Counted from the first letter of the whole stretch, positions 36,700 through 47,689 are shown. The stretch is 51,206 nt of DNA, filler included, from Deltaproteobacteria bacterium (GCA_016218805.1; 2 parts of 2 records of this genome joined end to end with filler, not necessarily neighbours in it); one strand, 5' to 3'. A program made the numbers and translations. Notes: generated by a model not told the origin, from the letters alone.

Positions 36700-38268
36700 T
36701 CAACCCACGCGCTTGCCCATGGCGGCCAGCGCTTCCAGCCACGGGCCAAACGCCTGCACCGCGGTGCGCTGCGTGTACAGCATCATGCCGCGCGTGCCGC
36801 CCAGTTCTTCGCCGCCGCCGGCGCGGCCCGGTCCGCCGTGCACCAGCATGGGCATCACCGTCCCCGGAGGGATGAACTGCCCGGCCACCTTCTCACTGCC
36901 CACGCACACGCGGCCGTGGTGCGGCGCCAGTCCCAGGAACACCTCGGTGCTGAACGCCTTGTCGTCGGAATACACGCTGGCCACCAGGCCGCCTTCACCG
37001 CGCGCAGCCAGCGCGGCGGCGTGCGCCGCATCGCGGTACACCAGCAGCGTGGCCAACGGGCCAAACACCTCGTGCGCATGGACCTCGTCAGCGCGGTCCG
37101 CCTCCGGCGCCTCCAGCAGCGTGGGCATCACAAAGTAACCCTTCGCCGGATCTGCCCCCAGCAGCTCCAGCTTGTCCGGTCCGCCCAGGATGACCTTGGC
37201 GTTCTTCATGAGCTTCTGCATCCCCGCCAGCACGTCCCGCTTCTGCTGCGCGGTGGCCAGCGGCCCCACGGTGACGTCGTCACGCTGCGGGTCGCCCACC
37301 TTCTGCGTGGACAGGCGGTCCAGCAGGTCCTCGCGCACGGACTCCAACCCATCCGCGGACACAAACACGCGCCGGATGGCGGTGCACTTCTGCCCCGCCT
37401 TCTGCGTCATCTCCTTGACCACGTTGTTGATGAACAGGTCGTACGTCGCCGTGCCGCGCTGCAGGTCCGGGCCGGCCACCGCCACGTTGAGGCTGTCCGC
37501 CTCCACGTTGACGTGCACGCCCTTCTCCAGCACGCGCCGGTGCCCGCGCAGCTTCACCGCCGTATCAGACGAACCGGTGAACGCGAGCACGTCCTGCGGA
37601 CCCAGGTGATCCAGCAGGTCCCCCGCGCCGCCGGCAATGAACTGGCCCACGCCTTCCGGAAGCACGCCCTGCTCCACCCACACCTGCATGATGCGCCACG
37701 CCACCAGCGCCGTGGCGGTGGCAGGCTTGGCCAGGAACGGCATGCCCGCGGCCAGCGAACACGCCGCCTTTTCCGCCATGCCCCACGCGGGGAAGTTGAA
37801 CGCGTTGACCTGCACGGCCACGCCGTGGCGCGGCACGGCCACGTGCTGGCCGGACAGGCGGCTGGAGCGGCCCAGGGACACCGGCTCACCGTCCACCAGG
37901 AAACGCCCGTCCCCCAGCGTCTTGCAGTGGTCCGCGTAGGCGGCCAGCGTGCCGGATGCGCCGTCCACGTCAAACTTCGCGTCTGACCGCGTGTTCCCCC
38001 CGTTCTGCATCGCCAGGCCCAGCAGCTCGTCGCGGTGGGTGACAATCGCGTCGGACATTTTGCGGAGCAGCTCGCCGCGCTGGGCAAACGTCATGGCCCG
38101 CAGCGCCGGCCCGCCGCGCTCCCGCGCAAACCGCACGGCGGCGCCCAGGTCCACGCCGTGTGACGACGCGGTGGCCATGGCTTCCCCGGTGGTGGCGTTG
38201 TGCAGGGAAGCGGGGTTGGATGTGCCGGCCGTCCAACGGCCGCAGGTGTAGCTCTCAAGCGTGCGCAC
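36700..38268 (-). CDS. PaaZ/BoxD-type aldehyde dehydrogenase (3,4-dehydroadipyl-CoA semialdehyde dehydrogenase-like, no MaoC domain)
   Basis: [57 protein letters not shown]. Confidence 0.88.
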   Translation of the reverse strand: MRTLESYTCGRWTAGTSNPASLHNATTGEAMATASSHGVDLGAAVRFARERGGPALRAMTFAQRGELLRKMSDAIVTHRDELLGLAMQNGGNTRSDAKFDVDGASGTLAAYADHCKTLGDGRFLVDGEPVSLGRSSRLSGQHVAVPRHGVAVQVNAFNFPAWGMAEKAACSLAAGMPFLAKPATATALVAWRIMQVWVEQGVLPEGVGQFIAGGAGDLLDHLGPQDVLAFTGSSDTAVKLRGHRRVLEKGVHVNVEADSLNVAVAGPDLQRGTATYDLFINNVVKEMTQKAGQKCTAIRRVFVSADGLESVREDLLDRLSTQKVGDPQRDDVTVGPLATAQQKRDVLAGMQKLMKNAKVILGGPDKLELLGADPAKGYFVMPTLLEAPEADRADEVHAHEVFGPLATLLVYRDAAHAAALAARGEGGLVASVYSDDKAFSTEVFLGLAPHHGRVCVGSEKVAGQFIPPGTVMPMLVHGGPGRAGGGEELGGTRGMMLYTQRTAVQAFGPWLEALAAMGKRVG

Positions 38269-38341
38269 GCGTATCTCCACGGTGGTCAAAGGGACGCGGC
38301 GATTTGACAGGTGGGGGGCGTCCCCGCAACCGCGCGGCGCG

Positions 38342-39499
38342 TCACACGCCCAGGCGGGACTTCAGCTGCTCCACCAGGCGGCGGCTGTCGTCGTCCAGCT
38401 CGCGCGGGGTGTCCAGCTGCACCACCACAAACAGGTCCCCCGGCTCCTCGCCCTCTTTCTGGGGCGGCACGCCCTTGCCGCGCAGGCGGAACTTCTGCCC
38501 GCCCTGCGTGCCCGGGGGGACCTTCATGGTGGCGTGGCCATCCAGCGTGATGACGTCCACGGAGGTGCCCAGCATGGCGTTCAGCACGTGCACGTGCGCC
38601 ACCGTCTCCAGGTTCTTTCCCTCGCGGCGGAACGCGGGGTCCGGCTCAATCTTGATGGTCAGGTACAGGTCCCCGGCCGGTGCGCCGTTCTCCCCCGCGT
38701 TGCCCTTGCCGCGCACGCGGATGCGGTTGCCCTCGTCCACACCGGCGGGCACGGTCACGCGCAGCTTTTCGCTCACCTGCCGGCTGCCCTTGCCGTCACA
38801 CGCGCTGCACGGGAGCAGCACCGCCTTGCCCGTTCCGTTGCACCGGTCACACGTGCGCTGGAACGGCACCGGTCCCTTGGCCGCGCGCCGGCCCGTACCG
38901 CCGCAGTCCGGGCAGGTCCCCTTGGGCCGCCCCATGGCGCTGCCGGTGCCCCTGCAGTCCGGGCACTCCCGGGCCACGCGCACCTCAATGGTGGGCTTGG
39001 CGCCGTGAATGGCATCACGCAGCGGGAGGCTGATGGTGGTCTCCACGTCTGCGCCCTTGGGTGGCGGGCGTGGTGGCGGTTGCGCGGCCGGGCCACCGGT
39101 GGAGGCGCCGCCGCGGCGGCGCGGGTCCTTGAAGAACTCATTGAAGATGTCTGAGAAGTTCTCAAACCCCTCCGCACCGCCGGCCCCGGGGAACCCGCCA
39201 GGAAACCCGCCGCCAAAGCCGCCTCCGGGTGACGCGGACGCGCCCGTGCCGCGGCGGCGCGCGCTGAACCCGCCGTCAAACGCCCCCAGGTTGAGCTGCA
39301 TGTCGTACTTGGCGCGCTTTTCCTTGTCGGAAAGCACGTCATACGCGGAGGCCACTTCCTTGAACCGGTCGGCGGATCGCGGGTCGTTCTTGGCAACGTC
39401 CGGATGGTACTTCTTGGCCAGCTTGCGGAACGCCCGCTTGATGTCCTGGTCGGACGCGTTGCGGGGGACACCAAGCGTCTCGTAGTGGGTGCGCGCCAA
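38342..39499 (-). CDS. dnaJ: Class A J-domain chaperone (DnaJ-like)
   Basis: HPD J-domain, G/F region, four CxxCxGxG repeats, C-terminal GDL...PPGTQ domains; start uncertain (39499 or 39511). Confidence 0.88.
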   Translation of the reverse strand: MARTHYETLGVPRNASDQDIKRAFRKLAKKYHPDVAKNDPRSADRFKEVASAYDVLSDKEKRAKYDMQLNLGAFDGGFSARRRGTGASASPGGGFGGGFPGGFPGAGGAEGFENFSDIFNEFFKDPRRRGGASTGGPAAQPPPRPPPKGADVETTISLPLRDAIHGAKPTIEVRVARECPDCRGTGSAMGRPKGTCPDCGGTGRRAAKGPVPFQRTCDRCNGTGKAVLLPCSACDGKGSRQVSEKLRVTVPAGVDEGNRIRVRGKGNAGENGAPAGDLYLTIKIEPDPAFRREGKNLETVAHVHVLNAMLGTSVDVITLDGHATMKVPPGTQGGQKFRLRGKGVPPQKEGEEPGDLFVVVQLDTPRELDDDSRRLVEQLKSRLGV

Positions 39500-39563
39500 G
39501 GGGACCCTCAACCCGCGGGTTCAACGGAAGATGGGGGTCTGCGGCGCGCGGTGCAAGGGCCGG

Positions 39564-40817
39564 TCAGCCGGCCTTCTGCTCTTCCTCAAACACCAGCACC
39601 GGCTCTTCCTTCTTCTCGACGGTCTCGCGCGTGATGCGGCATTCGCGAATCCCGGGCAGGTAACAGGCGTGGTACATGATATCCAGCATCACGTCTTCCA
39701 TGATGGCCCGCAGCCCGCGCGCACCCGTCTTGCGCTTGATGGCCTGCGCGGCAATCGCCTGCAGCGCCGGCTTGGTGAACGTGAGCTTCACGCCCTCCAT
39801 GTCCATCAGCTTCTTGTACTGCTTGACCAGCGCGTTGCGCGGCTGGGTGAGGATGGTGACCAGGTCCTCCTCGGTCATGTCCTCCAAGGTGGCCACCACC
39901 GGCAGGCGCCCCACAAACTCCGGGATCATCCCGAACTTCATGAGGTCCTCGCTGGTGACATGGCGCAGCGTCTCGCCCAGGCGTTTCTCCTCCTTGGGCT
40001 TGGGATCACTGCCAAACCCCATGGTCTTGGTGCCCACGCGCCGGTTGATGACCTGGTCCAGCCCCACAAACGCGCCGCCGCAGATGAACAGGATGTTGGT
40101 GGTGTCAACCTGGACGGTCTCCTGCTGGCTGTACTTCTTGGTGCCGCGCGGAACCACGGAGGCGTGCTTGCCCTCCAGGATCTTGAGCAGGCCCTGCTGC
40201 ACGCCCTCGCCGGAGACGTCACGCTGCTGCGTGGGGCCATCCCCGCGCCGGGCAATTTTGTCTATCTCGTCAATGTAGACGATGCCGCGGCTGGCTTTCT
40301 CCACGTCGTTGTCGGAGGCGGCCAGCAGGTTCTGGATGATGGACTCCACGTCCTCGCCCACGTAGCCGCTTTCCGTGAGGCAGGTGGCATCCGCCACGGT
40401 GAAGGGCACCTTGAGCATCCGCGCCAGGGACTGCGCCAGCAGCGTCTTGCCCGTGCCGGTGGGGCCAATGAGCAGCACGTTGCTCTTGGACAGCTCCACG
40501 TTCTTGCTGTCACCCCGCCACTCAATGCGCTTGTAGTGGTTGTACACCGCCACGGCGAGGACCTTCTTGGCGTGGTCCTGGCCAATCACGTACTCGTCCA
40601 GGAAGTGCTTGATCTCCAGCGGCGTGGGGATGCGCATGCCCAGGCCGGCGGACTTCTGCGCGGTGCCCTTGCCCTCCTCGGCAATGATGTCGTTGCACAG
40701 GCGGATGCACTCGTCACAGATGTACACCGTCGGCCCGGCGATGAGCTTCTTCACCTCGCGCTGGCTCTTGCCGCAGAACGAACACACCAGGTGCGGCGGC
40801 AGGTCTCTCTTGTGCAT
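39564..40817 (-). CDS. clpX: ATP-dependent Clp protease ATPase subunit ClpX
   Basis: CSFCGK...ICDEC zinc domain, [28 protein letters not shown] loop, GARGLR. Confidence 0.95.
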   Translation of the reverse strand: MHKRDLPPHLVCSFCGKSQREVKKLIAGPTVYICDECIRLCNDIIAEEGKGTAQKSAGLGMRIPTPLEIKHFLDEYVIGQDHAKKVLAVAVYNHYKRIEWRGDSKNVELSKSNVLLIGPTGTGKTLLAQSLARMLKVPFTVADATCLTESGYVGEDVESIIQNLLAASDNDVEKASRGIVYIDEIDKIARRGDGPTQQRDVSGEGVQQGLLKILEGKHASVVPRGTKKYSQQETVQVDTTNILFICGGAFVGLDQVINRRVGTKTMGFGSDPKPKEEKRLGETLRHVTSEDLMKFGMIPEFVGRLPVVATLEDMTEEDLVTILTQPRNALVKQYKKLMDMEGVKLTFTKPALQAIAAQAIKRKTGARGLRAIMEDVMLDIMYHACYLPGIRECRITRETVEKKEEPVLVFEEEQKAG

Positions 40818-41025
40818 CGGCACGACGGGTCAACCTCGCTGGGGTTGCTGCCAGTGTAGAACAGGCCACGGGCAGGGATTCAAGCTTCTTGCCATTGGAA
40901 GCCACTTCGCGCCAGTGCGCGCGTCCACCCGCGTCATCACCCTTGTGGAGTGACGTGCCGATCGCTAGGGGCGCCCGCGGCGGCACGCTTGTCGCATCCC
41001 ACGGCACGGGCTACGGCCTGCGCCC

Positions 41026-42303
41026 ATGCGTGCCGCCCCGCTGTTGGCCTTCCTCCTAGCCGCCGCCACGTCTCACGCCCAGACCACCGCCACCACGTTG
41101 ACCGTCACGGACGTGACGGCCAGCTACAGCCACGCGGCGGACGTGACCCTGACCCTGCGAACCGCCCCCGGCGGCACCGCCGTGCCCGGCGCCCAGGTGA
41201 CGGTGCTGGTGCGCGCCCCGGATGATGTGTTCAGCGTAGACGTGGGCCAGGTGCCCACCGGGGCGGACGGCACCGCCACGCTGCGCATCCCGCTGGTCAA
41301 CGGCTGCCCGCTGTGGGCGTCCCACGCATTGCAGGCTGGACCCACCGCCACGCCGGTGGCCTACGCGCTTATGGCCACGTTCACGGGGGACACGCTGGGG
41401 GGCACGCAGTACCTGGGCAGCGCGGGCCAGGGGACGCTCAGCCTGGTCAAGGAAAGCGCGCAGGTGAAGATTGTCTCCGGCACCTCCGGCGAGCTGGGCG
41501 AAACGTTGACCCTCACCGCCAAGATTGAGGACTCCGACGGCAATGCCCCGTGCGACCGCAGCGCCACCACCGGGCCGGGGCCGGTCACCGTGGACGGGCA
41601 CCGCCTGGCGTTCTTCTGGGACGTGAACCTGGACCACGACTACAGCGATGCGCGGGAGAGCCTGGGGTCCGCCAACACCGGCCGCCCCAACCCTGACGCC
41701 GACGCCACCGCTGCCGTGGAGGTGGACACCACGCCCGTGAACAACGAGCCGCGCGCGGGCACCTGGGACGGCGCCCTGCAGGTGCAGCTCCCCTCCGACG
41801 ACACGCTCTACCTCCCGGCCACCGCGGTGGGCCGCCTGGTCCTGCTGCCGGCGCCCGTGCTGGCCGACCGCACCACCATGACGGCGGACCCGCCGGACCC
41901 GCAGGCCGGCGCCAGTGACACGGTGGTCATCACCGTCACGCTGCGGGACCGGTTTGACAACCCGCTGGACGCGGAATCACCCGAGCACGCCGTGAAGGTG
42001 GAGATTGACGGGCCCGCCCTGGGCGCCGCCATGGACGGCGAACAGGCGACGCGGGACGTGATCACCGGCAAATACACGCAGTCCATGTACGTGGCCCGGC
42101 GCAAGGGCACCGTGCGCGTGCGGGCCTTTGTCGACGGGCAACCGGGCAGCACGCTGGACATCCCGCACACGGGTCTGTTCCCGGTGGGCCCGTGCGCCTG
42201 CGCGCTCCCGGGCGGGCGCACCCCCTTGCCGGCCGCCATGGCCGTGTCCATTGTGGCGGCCCTCTTTCTGCGCCGCCGCGCGCGCCGGGTGGACACGCCG
42301 TGA
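41026..42303 (+). CDS. Secreted multi-Ig-like protein with a MYXO-CTERM-like sorting signal
   Basis: Signal peptide; Thr/Val-rich beta domains; C-terminal GPCAC - TM helix - RRRARR. Confidence 0.75.
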   Translation: MRAAPLLAFLLAAATSHAQTTATTLTVTDVTASYSHAADVTLTLRTAPGGTAVPGAQVTVLVRAPDDVFSVDVGQVPTGADGTATLRIPLVNGCPLWASHALQAGPTATPVAYALMATFTGDTLGGTQYLGSAGQGTLSLVKESAQVKIVSGTSGELGETLTLTAKIEDSDGNAPCDRSATTGPGPVTVDGHRLAFFWDVNLDHDYSDARESLGSANTGRPNPDADATAAVEVDTTPVNNEPRAGTWDGALQVQLPSDDTLYLPATAVGRLVLLPAPVLADRTTMTADPPDPQAGASDTVVITVTLRDRFDNPLDAESPEHAVKVEIDGPALGAAMDGEQATRDVITGKYTQSMYVARRKGTVRVRAFVDGQPGSTLDIPHTGLFPVGPCACALPGGRTPLPAAMAVSIVAALFLRRRARRVDTP

Positions 42304-44099
42304 CCGACGAGAAGAACCCCGCCGTTGCCGTTCCTCCGCTCAACCGCCAGCGCCTGGCCGCGCTGGTTGATCAGCTGCGCACGCTGTCGCCCCGTCGTCG
42401 GCTGAACCTGCTGTTGGACCAGCCGGACCTGACCGCGGTGCTGGCCCGGCTGCCCATCCAGGACGTGCACGCGTTGATCCGCGAGGTGGGCGCGGCCGAC
42501 ACGATGGAGCTCATTGAGGCCTGTCCTCCGGCGGTGCTGCAGGGGCTGGTGGACCTGGGGTGCTGGACAGCGGACCGCGTGGACCCGCGCGCGCTGGCCA
42601 ACTTCTATGCCGCGCTGTTCCAGGCGGAACCGGACGTGGCCATCCAGAAGGTCCTGCGAATGGACCCGGAGCTGCGCACGCTGTTCCTCAAGCTGCACGT
42701 GCGCGTGGAGGACATCACGGAGGACGGCGTGCCGGACGCGGGCGGCGCGGACCACCTCATCACACCGGACCACAAGCAGATCCTGATCTTTGGTGATGCG
42801 CCCGGGCTCCCGGAAGCGCAGGAGGATCCGTTTGGCCTGGGCGAGCGCGGGCGTTCGCTGGCCCGCCACGCAGCCAAGGAAATGCTGGAGGGGTTCCTCA
42901 AGCTGGACCCGGCGGGCGTGACGCAGATGATGGACGCGGTGCGGTGGGAGCTGCCCAGCCAGCTTGAGGACGATGCGCTGCGGTGGCGCAGTGCGCGCAT
43001 GATGGACCTGGGCTTCCCCCCGCGTGAAGAGGCGCTGCGGGTGCTGGCGTTCCTGGACCCGGACAAGGCCGCGCTGCGCCCCCCGGCGCCTCCGCTGCCG
43101 CCGGTTGACGACGAGGACGACGAGATCGCCGACCAGGCGCTGGCGCTGTACGCCGAACCGGATGACGGGCCGCGTGAGCCGTTTCTCGCCGCGGGGATTG
43201 CGGCGCTGTCACCGCCGGAGCGGGACCGCGTGAAGCGCGAACTGGCGTCCGTGGCCAACATGGTTGCCGTGGCGCGGTCCGCGTCACCGGGCGACCCCGA
43301 CGCGATCCGCGGTGCCGTCCGCGAGACGCGCATCACGCTGGACCTGGGGCTGGCCTACCGCGGCGGCGGCAAGGCGGAGACCGCGGTGGACCTGCTGCGC
43401 ACCACGTCGCTGGTGGACCTGTTCCGCGTAGGACACAGCCTGGGGTTGCGGCTGCAGCGGCAGGCCCAGCGCATCGCGTCGGCGGAGCGCGGGACCCCGC
43501 GCGAAATCGCCGCCATGCTGGACCCGCCGTGGGGGTTGGCGGTGGCCGCGCTGTTGGGGCGCCAGCCGCTGTTCTTCACGGGGCTGGCCCGTCATGGCGA
43601 GGTGGACACGCACCCGTTTGCCTCACTGGATGACCTGGCGGTGGCGGCGCGTGCCGTGGCCGAGGCGGGCTTCCGCCTGGCGGTGGGCCTGGATGTGCTG
43701 GGCGTGACGCCGGAGCGCCTGCGCCGGGCGGCGCTGGAGGGCACCAACCTGGGCGACGCCGCGGAGGTCACCCTGGAGGTGCTGCTGACCACGGCGTTGG
43801 CGCGCGCGGCCACGGGGGGCCGGCTGGATCCCTCACCGCTGGACGCGCGGGAGTTGCAAGCGGTGCGGGCCGCGCTGTCTGACGCGGGGCCGGTAGAGCG
43901 CGCCGGACACCAGCTGGGGGATCTCGTTGCGGCAAAGGCGCCGCTGCCCGGCGCGCGCAAGCCCGAGGACGCACACCGGCGCGCGGCCATGCTGGCTGGC
44001 GTGCTCCTGACGCGGCTGGATGACGAGCTGCACGGGATCCCCAAGGACCAGGCGGTGGACGCCCGCTTCGTGACGCGCGTGCTCACGCGCGTGGGTTGA
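42300..44099 (+). CDS. Conserved helical hypothetical protein (DUF6178-like)
   Basis: GTGA overlap; IREVGAAD, DLGCW, WRSARMMDLGFP and LFRVG motifs recalled from this deltaproteobacterial family. Confidence 0.7.
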   Translation: MTDEKNPAVAVPPLNRQRLAALVDQLRTLSPRRRLNLLLDQPDLTAVLARLPIQDVHALIREVGAADTMELIEACPPAVLQGLVDLGCWTADRVDPRALANFYAALFQAEPDVAIQKVLRMDPELRTLFLKLHVRVEDITEDGVPDAGGADHLITPDHKQILIFGDAPGLPEAQEDPFGLGERGRSLARHAAKEMLEGFLKLDPAGVTQMMDAVRWELPSQLEDDALRWRSARMMDLGFPPREEALRVLAFLDPDKAALRPPAPPLPPVDDEDDEIADQALALYAEPDDGPREPFLAAGIAALSPPERDRVKRELASVANMVAVARSASPGDPDAIRGAVRETRITLDLGLAYRGGGKAETAVDLLRTTSLVDLFRVGHSLGLRLQRQAQRIASAERGTPREIAAMLDPPWGLAVAALLGRQPLFFTGLARHGEVDTHPFASLDDLAVAARAVAEAGFRLAVGLDVLGVTPERLRRAALEGTNLGDAAEVTLEVLLTTALARAATGGRLDPSPLDARELQAVRAALSDAGPVERAGHQLGDLVAAKAPLPGARKPEDAHRRAAMLAGVLLTRLDDELHGIPKDQAVDARFVTRVLTRVG

Positions 44100-44172
44100 T
44101 GCCCCCGCGGTTCACGTCGACAATCGTCCCATTCTGCTGTAGGTCGCGCCCCACCTTCACGGGGAGCCACCC

Positions 44173-45714
44173 ATGCATGATCCCGCGCTCGCGCAGGAAG
44201 CGCTGGCGGAGTTGCCGGCGGACATTGCCCACAGCCCGCTGTTCAACCCAGACCTGGCGCCGGTCCCACGCGGCCGCCGCAATTGGAGCACCTACAACTT
44301 TGCGGCGCTGTGGATCTCCATGGCGCACTGCATTCCCACGTACATGCTGGCGGGCGGGCTCATCGCCGTCGGGATGAACTGGTGGCAGGCGCTGCTCACC
44401 ATTGGCATAGGCAACATCATTGTGCTGGTGCCCATCCTGCTCAACGCGCATCCGGGCACGCGCTACGGCATCCCGTTCCCCGTGCTCGCGCGCTCGTCGT
44501 TCGGCACGCTGGGCGCCAACGTGCCCGCGGTGCTGCGCGCCATCGTCGCGTGCGGGTGGTTCGGTATCCAGACGTTCATTGGCGGCGAAGCGGTCAAGAC
44601 GTTCCTGGTGTCCGTGTGGCCGTCCTTTGACACGCTGGGTGGCGGCACCCGGATCATGGGCCTGGGCATCCCCAGCGCGCTCACGTTCCTGGTCTTCTGG
44701 GGGCTCAACATCCTCATCATCTACCGCGGCATGAACGCGGTGCGCGTGTTTGAGAACTGGGCGGCACCCATTGTGCTCGTCATGGCGGCGGTGCTGCTGT
44801 TCTGGACGGTGGATCGCGCGGACGGACTGGGACCCATGCTGTCGCAGCCGGACAGGTTCCAGACGTTTGGTGAATTCTGGAAGGTGTTCGTTCCGTCGCT
44901 GACGGGCATGATCGGCTTCTGGGCCACGCTGTCGTTGAACATCCCGGACTTCACGCGGTTCGGGAAGGGCCAGCGCGAACAGGCACTGGGCCAGGCGCTG
45001 GGCCTTCCCACGACGATGATCGCGTTCTCCGCCATGGGCGTCATCATCACGTCAGCCGCGCAGGCCATCCTCAAGGGCGTGGACGTCTCCAAGTTGTGGG
45101 ACCCGGTGTTCATCCTGGCCCAGCTCACCAGCGCAACGCCGCCTGCCGGCATCACCGAACCGCTCATCGCATCGGCAGGCGTGCGCGGCCTGGTCGCCGT
45201 CATCGCGCTGTTTGGCGTGGGCATTGCCACGGTGAGCGTGAACATCGCGGCCAACGTGGTGAGTCCCGCCAATGATTTTGCCAACCTGGCGCCGCGCTAC
45301 ATTTCGTTCAAGACGGGCGGCCTCATCACGGGGATCTTTGGCATTGTGATGATGCCGTGGCAGTTCCTGGAGAGCGCGGACGCGTACATCTTCAACTGGC
45401 TCGTCGGGTACTCCGCGCTGCTCGGGCCCATCGCGGGCGTGATGATCGCGGACTACTGGCTCATCCGGAAGCAGGAGCTGGATGTGCCGGACCTGTACCG
45501 CGTTGACGGGCGGTACGGCCGGTTCAATCCCATCGCGCTGGTGGCCCTGGTGGTCGGCGTGCTTCCCAACATCCCGGGCTTCCTGAAGACCGCCAAGTTC
45601 ATCGGCGGGGACCCCAACATCTTCGACGCCATCTACCCGTACGCCTGGTTTATCGGCTTCGGGCTGGCGCTGGGCGTGTACTGGGCGGGCATGCGGAACC
45701 GCGCGCGCACCTGA
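44173..45714 (+). CDS. NCS1-family nucleobase:cation symporter (uracil/allantoin permease)
   Basis: NPDLAP, YGIPFPV, CGWFGIQ, WATLSLNIPDFTRF, NIAANVVSPA; about 12 TM helices. Confidence 0.95.
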   Translation: MHDPALAQEALAELPADIAHSPLFNPDLAPVPRGRRNWSTYNFAALWISMAHCIPTYMLAGGLIAVGMNWWQALLTIGIGNIIVLVPILLNAHPGTRYGIPFPVLARSSFGTLGANVPAVLRAIVACGWFGIQTFIGGEAVKTFLVSVWPSFDTLGGGTRIMGLGIPSALTFLVFWGLNILIIYRGMNAVRVFENWAAPIVLVMAAVLLFWTVDRADGLGPMLSQPDRFQTFGEFWKVFVPSLTGMIGFWATLSLNIPDFTRFGKGQREQALGQALGLPTTMIAFSAMGVIITSAAQAILKGVDVSKLWDPVFILAQLTSATPPAGITEPLIASAGVRGLVAVIALFGVGIATVSVNIAANVVSPANDFANLAPRYISFKTGGLITGIFGIVMMPWQFLESADAYIFNWLVGYSALLGPIAGVMIADYWLIRKQELDVPDLYRVDGRYGRFNPIALVALVVGVLPNIPGFLKTAKFIGGDPNIFDAIYPYAWFIGFGLALGVYWAGMRNRART

Positions 45715-46758
45715 TCACGGCATGGGATGCGCCAGGAAGAACTCCAGGACTTCCTCAGAGGCGGACAGGTCGTATGACACGCGGCCGATCATGAAGCGCG
45801 GAAAGTAGGGTTCACCGCCCGGCCAGGTGTGACCGGCACCGTCAACGCGCAGCAACACCACGTCCGCACCCTCCCGGCAGCCCGTCCAGGAACGGCGCGT
45901 GATCCGCGTGTGGTCGTCAGGGTCGCGGTCTTCCAGTTCCTCGTCGACGGGCGGCGCCGTGCAACCGTTGATGCTGGCCCAGCCATGCCGGTCGTCGTGC
46001 GGCGCCAGGCTGTCCTCCACGCCGGTCTTCCTGCCGCCGTCACCGGGGAGGCATGAACGGGACCCACCTCCATACTCCCAGCACGGGTCATCCACGCCGT
46101 GGATGTGCAGGACGGGCACCGGCCTGGACGGAGAACAACCCTCCGCCGCCATGAACTGGTTGGCACCGCCCGCCGGCGCAATGGACGCAATTCGGCCGGC
46201 GAGCTCACACCCCAGCCGGTGCGCCATGGCGCCACCGTTGGAGAAACCGGTGGCGTGCACCCGGCGCGTGTCGACGAACAGGATGGCCTGGAGGTGATCG
46301 AGCAGGTCGCGGAAGTAGCGCACGTCATCCACGCCGTCCTTGCACGCGCGGCCGGAGGCGCAGTTCAACCCGTCTTTCCCACCGCCCGCGTTCCAGGTCC
46401 GCTGGTTGCGCACCAGCGGAGCGGCCGTGCCGTCAGGAAACACCACGGCATAACCGTGGCGGTCCGCCGTGCGGCTCAGGCACGACGGGTCATCCTCATT
46501 GCCGTTCTTACACGTGGTCTTGTTGAATCCGGCGGCCTTGCCTCCGCCGCCGTGCAACCCCAGCACCACCGGCACGGGGCGGGTGGCGTCGTAGTTCGGG
46601 GGGAGACGCAGGATGAAATCACGGTCATCCCACCCGGGCGGGGACTGGCAGAGGTACTCGCCGGCGGAGCGCGGCGGATCCGCGCGGCAGTCACGCGCCA
46701 CCGTCCCGCACGACGACACGCACGCGACGACGACAACAATGGGCACGAGGCGTCCCAT
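45715..46758 (-). CDS. PHB-depolymerase/LpqC-like alpha/beta-hydrolase lipoprotein
   Basis: LHGGG, DDVRYF, GFSNGG nucleophile elbow, HGVDD, GHTWPG; Cys-containing leader. Confidence 0.88.
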   Translation of the reverse strand: MGRLVPIVVVVACVSSCGTVARDCRADPPRSAGEYLCQSPPGWDDRDFILRLPPNYDATRPVPVVLGLHGGGGKAAGFNKTTCKNGNEDDPSCLSRTADRHGYAVVFPDGTAAPLVRNQRTWNAGGGKDGLNCASGRACKDGVDDVRYFRDLLDHLQAILFVDTRRVHATGFSNGGAMAHRLGCELAGRIASIAPAGGANQFMAAEGCSPSRPVPVLHIHGVDDPCWEYGGGSRSCLPGDGGRKTGVEDSLAPHDDRHGWASINGCTAPPVDEELEDRDPDDHTRITRRSWTGCREGADVVLLRVDGAGHTWPGGEPYFPRFMIGRVSYDLSASEEVLEFFLAHPMP

Positions 46759-46774
46759 GGGCGCCGATGCTAGC

Positions 46775-47689
46775 TCATTCCGGTTCGTCCGGGACGTGCG
46801 CGGGTGCGGGCGGCCGGTGGGATGACACCAGCCAGATGCCCGTCATCACCACAGCCGCGCCGGCGAACACGACGGGCGTGACCGGTTCATCCAGGAACAG
46901 CCACGCCAGCCCGTAGGACGCCACCACGGTCAGTTGCGTGGTCATGCCGCCCTGCCCCGCGGGCACGTACCCCAGCGCCCACGTGAACATCAGCTGCGCG
47001 CACAGCGAAAGCAGCCCAATGAGCATGAGCCGCGGCCACACCTCCACGGGGATGGGGCGCCACGTGGCCAGCGCCAGCGGGGTGGAGACCACCAGGCCCA
47101 TGGCGCAGAACGCGGTGAAGATGGACGGGGCGCTGTCGGTCCGCCGCAACAGCCGCACAATCGTGGTGGCGGCGCCCCCGCTCACCGACGAGCCAATGCC
47201 CAACGCCAACCCCAGCCACAGGCTGCCGCCCGACGCCGCGGCAAACCCGGCGGGCCCCACCACGATGACCAATCCCGTCAGGCTCAGCACCATGCCCACG
47301 GTCATGCGCGCGGTGATGCGCTCGCCCAGGAACTGCGCTGAGAACACCGCCGCCCACAGGGGAAACGTGTAGTTCATCAGCGTGGCCATGCCCGTGTTCA
47401 CGTGCTGGATGGCAAAGAAGTACGCCAGCACGGACAGCGCGCCAAACAACCCGCGCGCGCCAAGCAACACCGGCCGCGTGGCGCGCCACCACGCGGGGCG
47501 CAGCGCAATGAGCGCGCCCATCCCCACCAGGCCAATGGCAAACCGGATGGCGGCAACCTGTGCGGCGGAGATGTGGGCCGTGACCGTACGTGTCACCACC
47601 GCCATGGCACCAAACAGCATGGCGCTCGCGGCCAACACGGCCAGCGCGCGCGGCCGTTTGTCGACGAGGTACCGGGGGGAGTCCGCCAT
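46775..47689 (-). CDS. DMT/EamA-family transporter
   Basis: Ten hydrophobic helices in two EamA repeats (FLGERI, FLDEPV). Confidence 0.9.
   Translation of the reverse strand: MADSPRYLVDKRPRALAVLAASAMLFGAMAVVTRTVTAHISAAQVAAIRFAIGLVGMGALIALRPAWWRATRPVLLGARGLFGALSVLAYFFAIQHVNTGMATLMNYTFPLWAAVFSAQFLGERITARMTVGMVLSLTGLVIVVGPAGFAAASGGSLWLGLALGIGSSVSGGAATTIVRLLRRTDSAPSIFTAFCAMGLVVSTPLALATWRPIPVEVWPRLMLIGLLSLCAQLMFTWALGYVPAGQGGMTTQLTVVASYGLAWLFLDEPVTPVVFAGAAVVMTGIWLVSSHRPPAPAHVPDEPE

Noticed and set aside
40853..40883. Promoter upstream of clpX (TTGAAT...TACACT on minus)
   Set aside because: The 19-nt spacing is atypical and there is no sigma32-type CCCCAT element; too weak to call.
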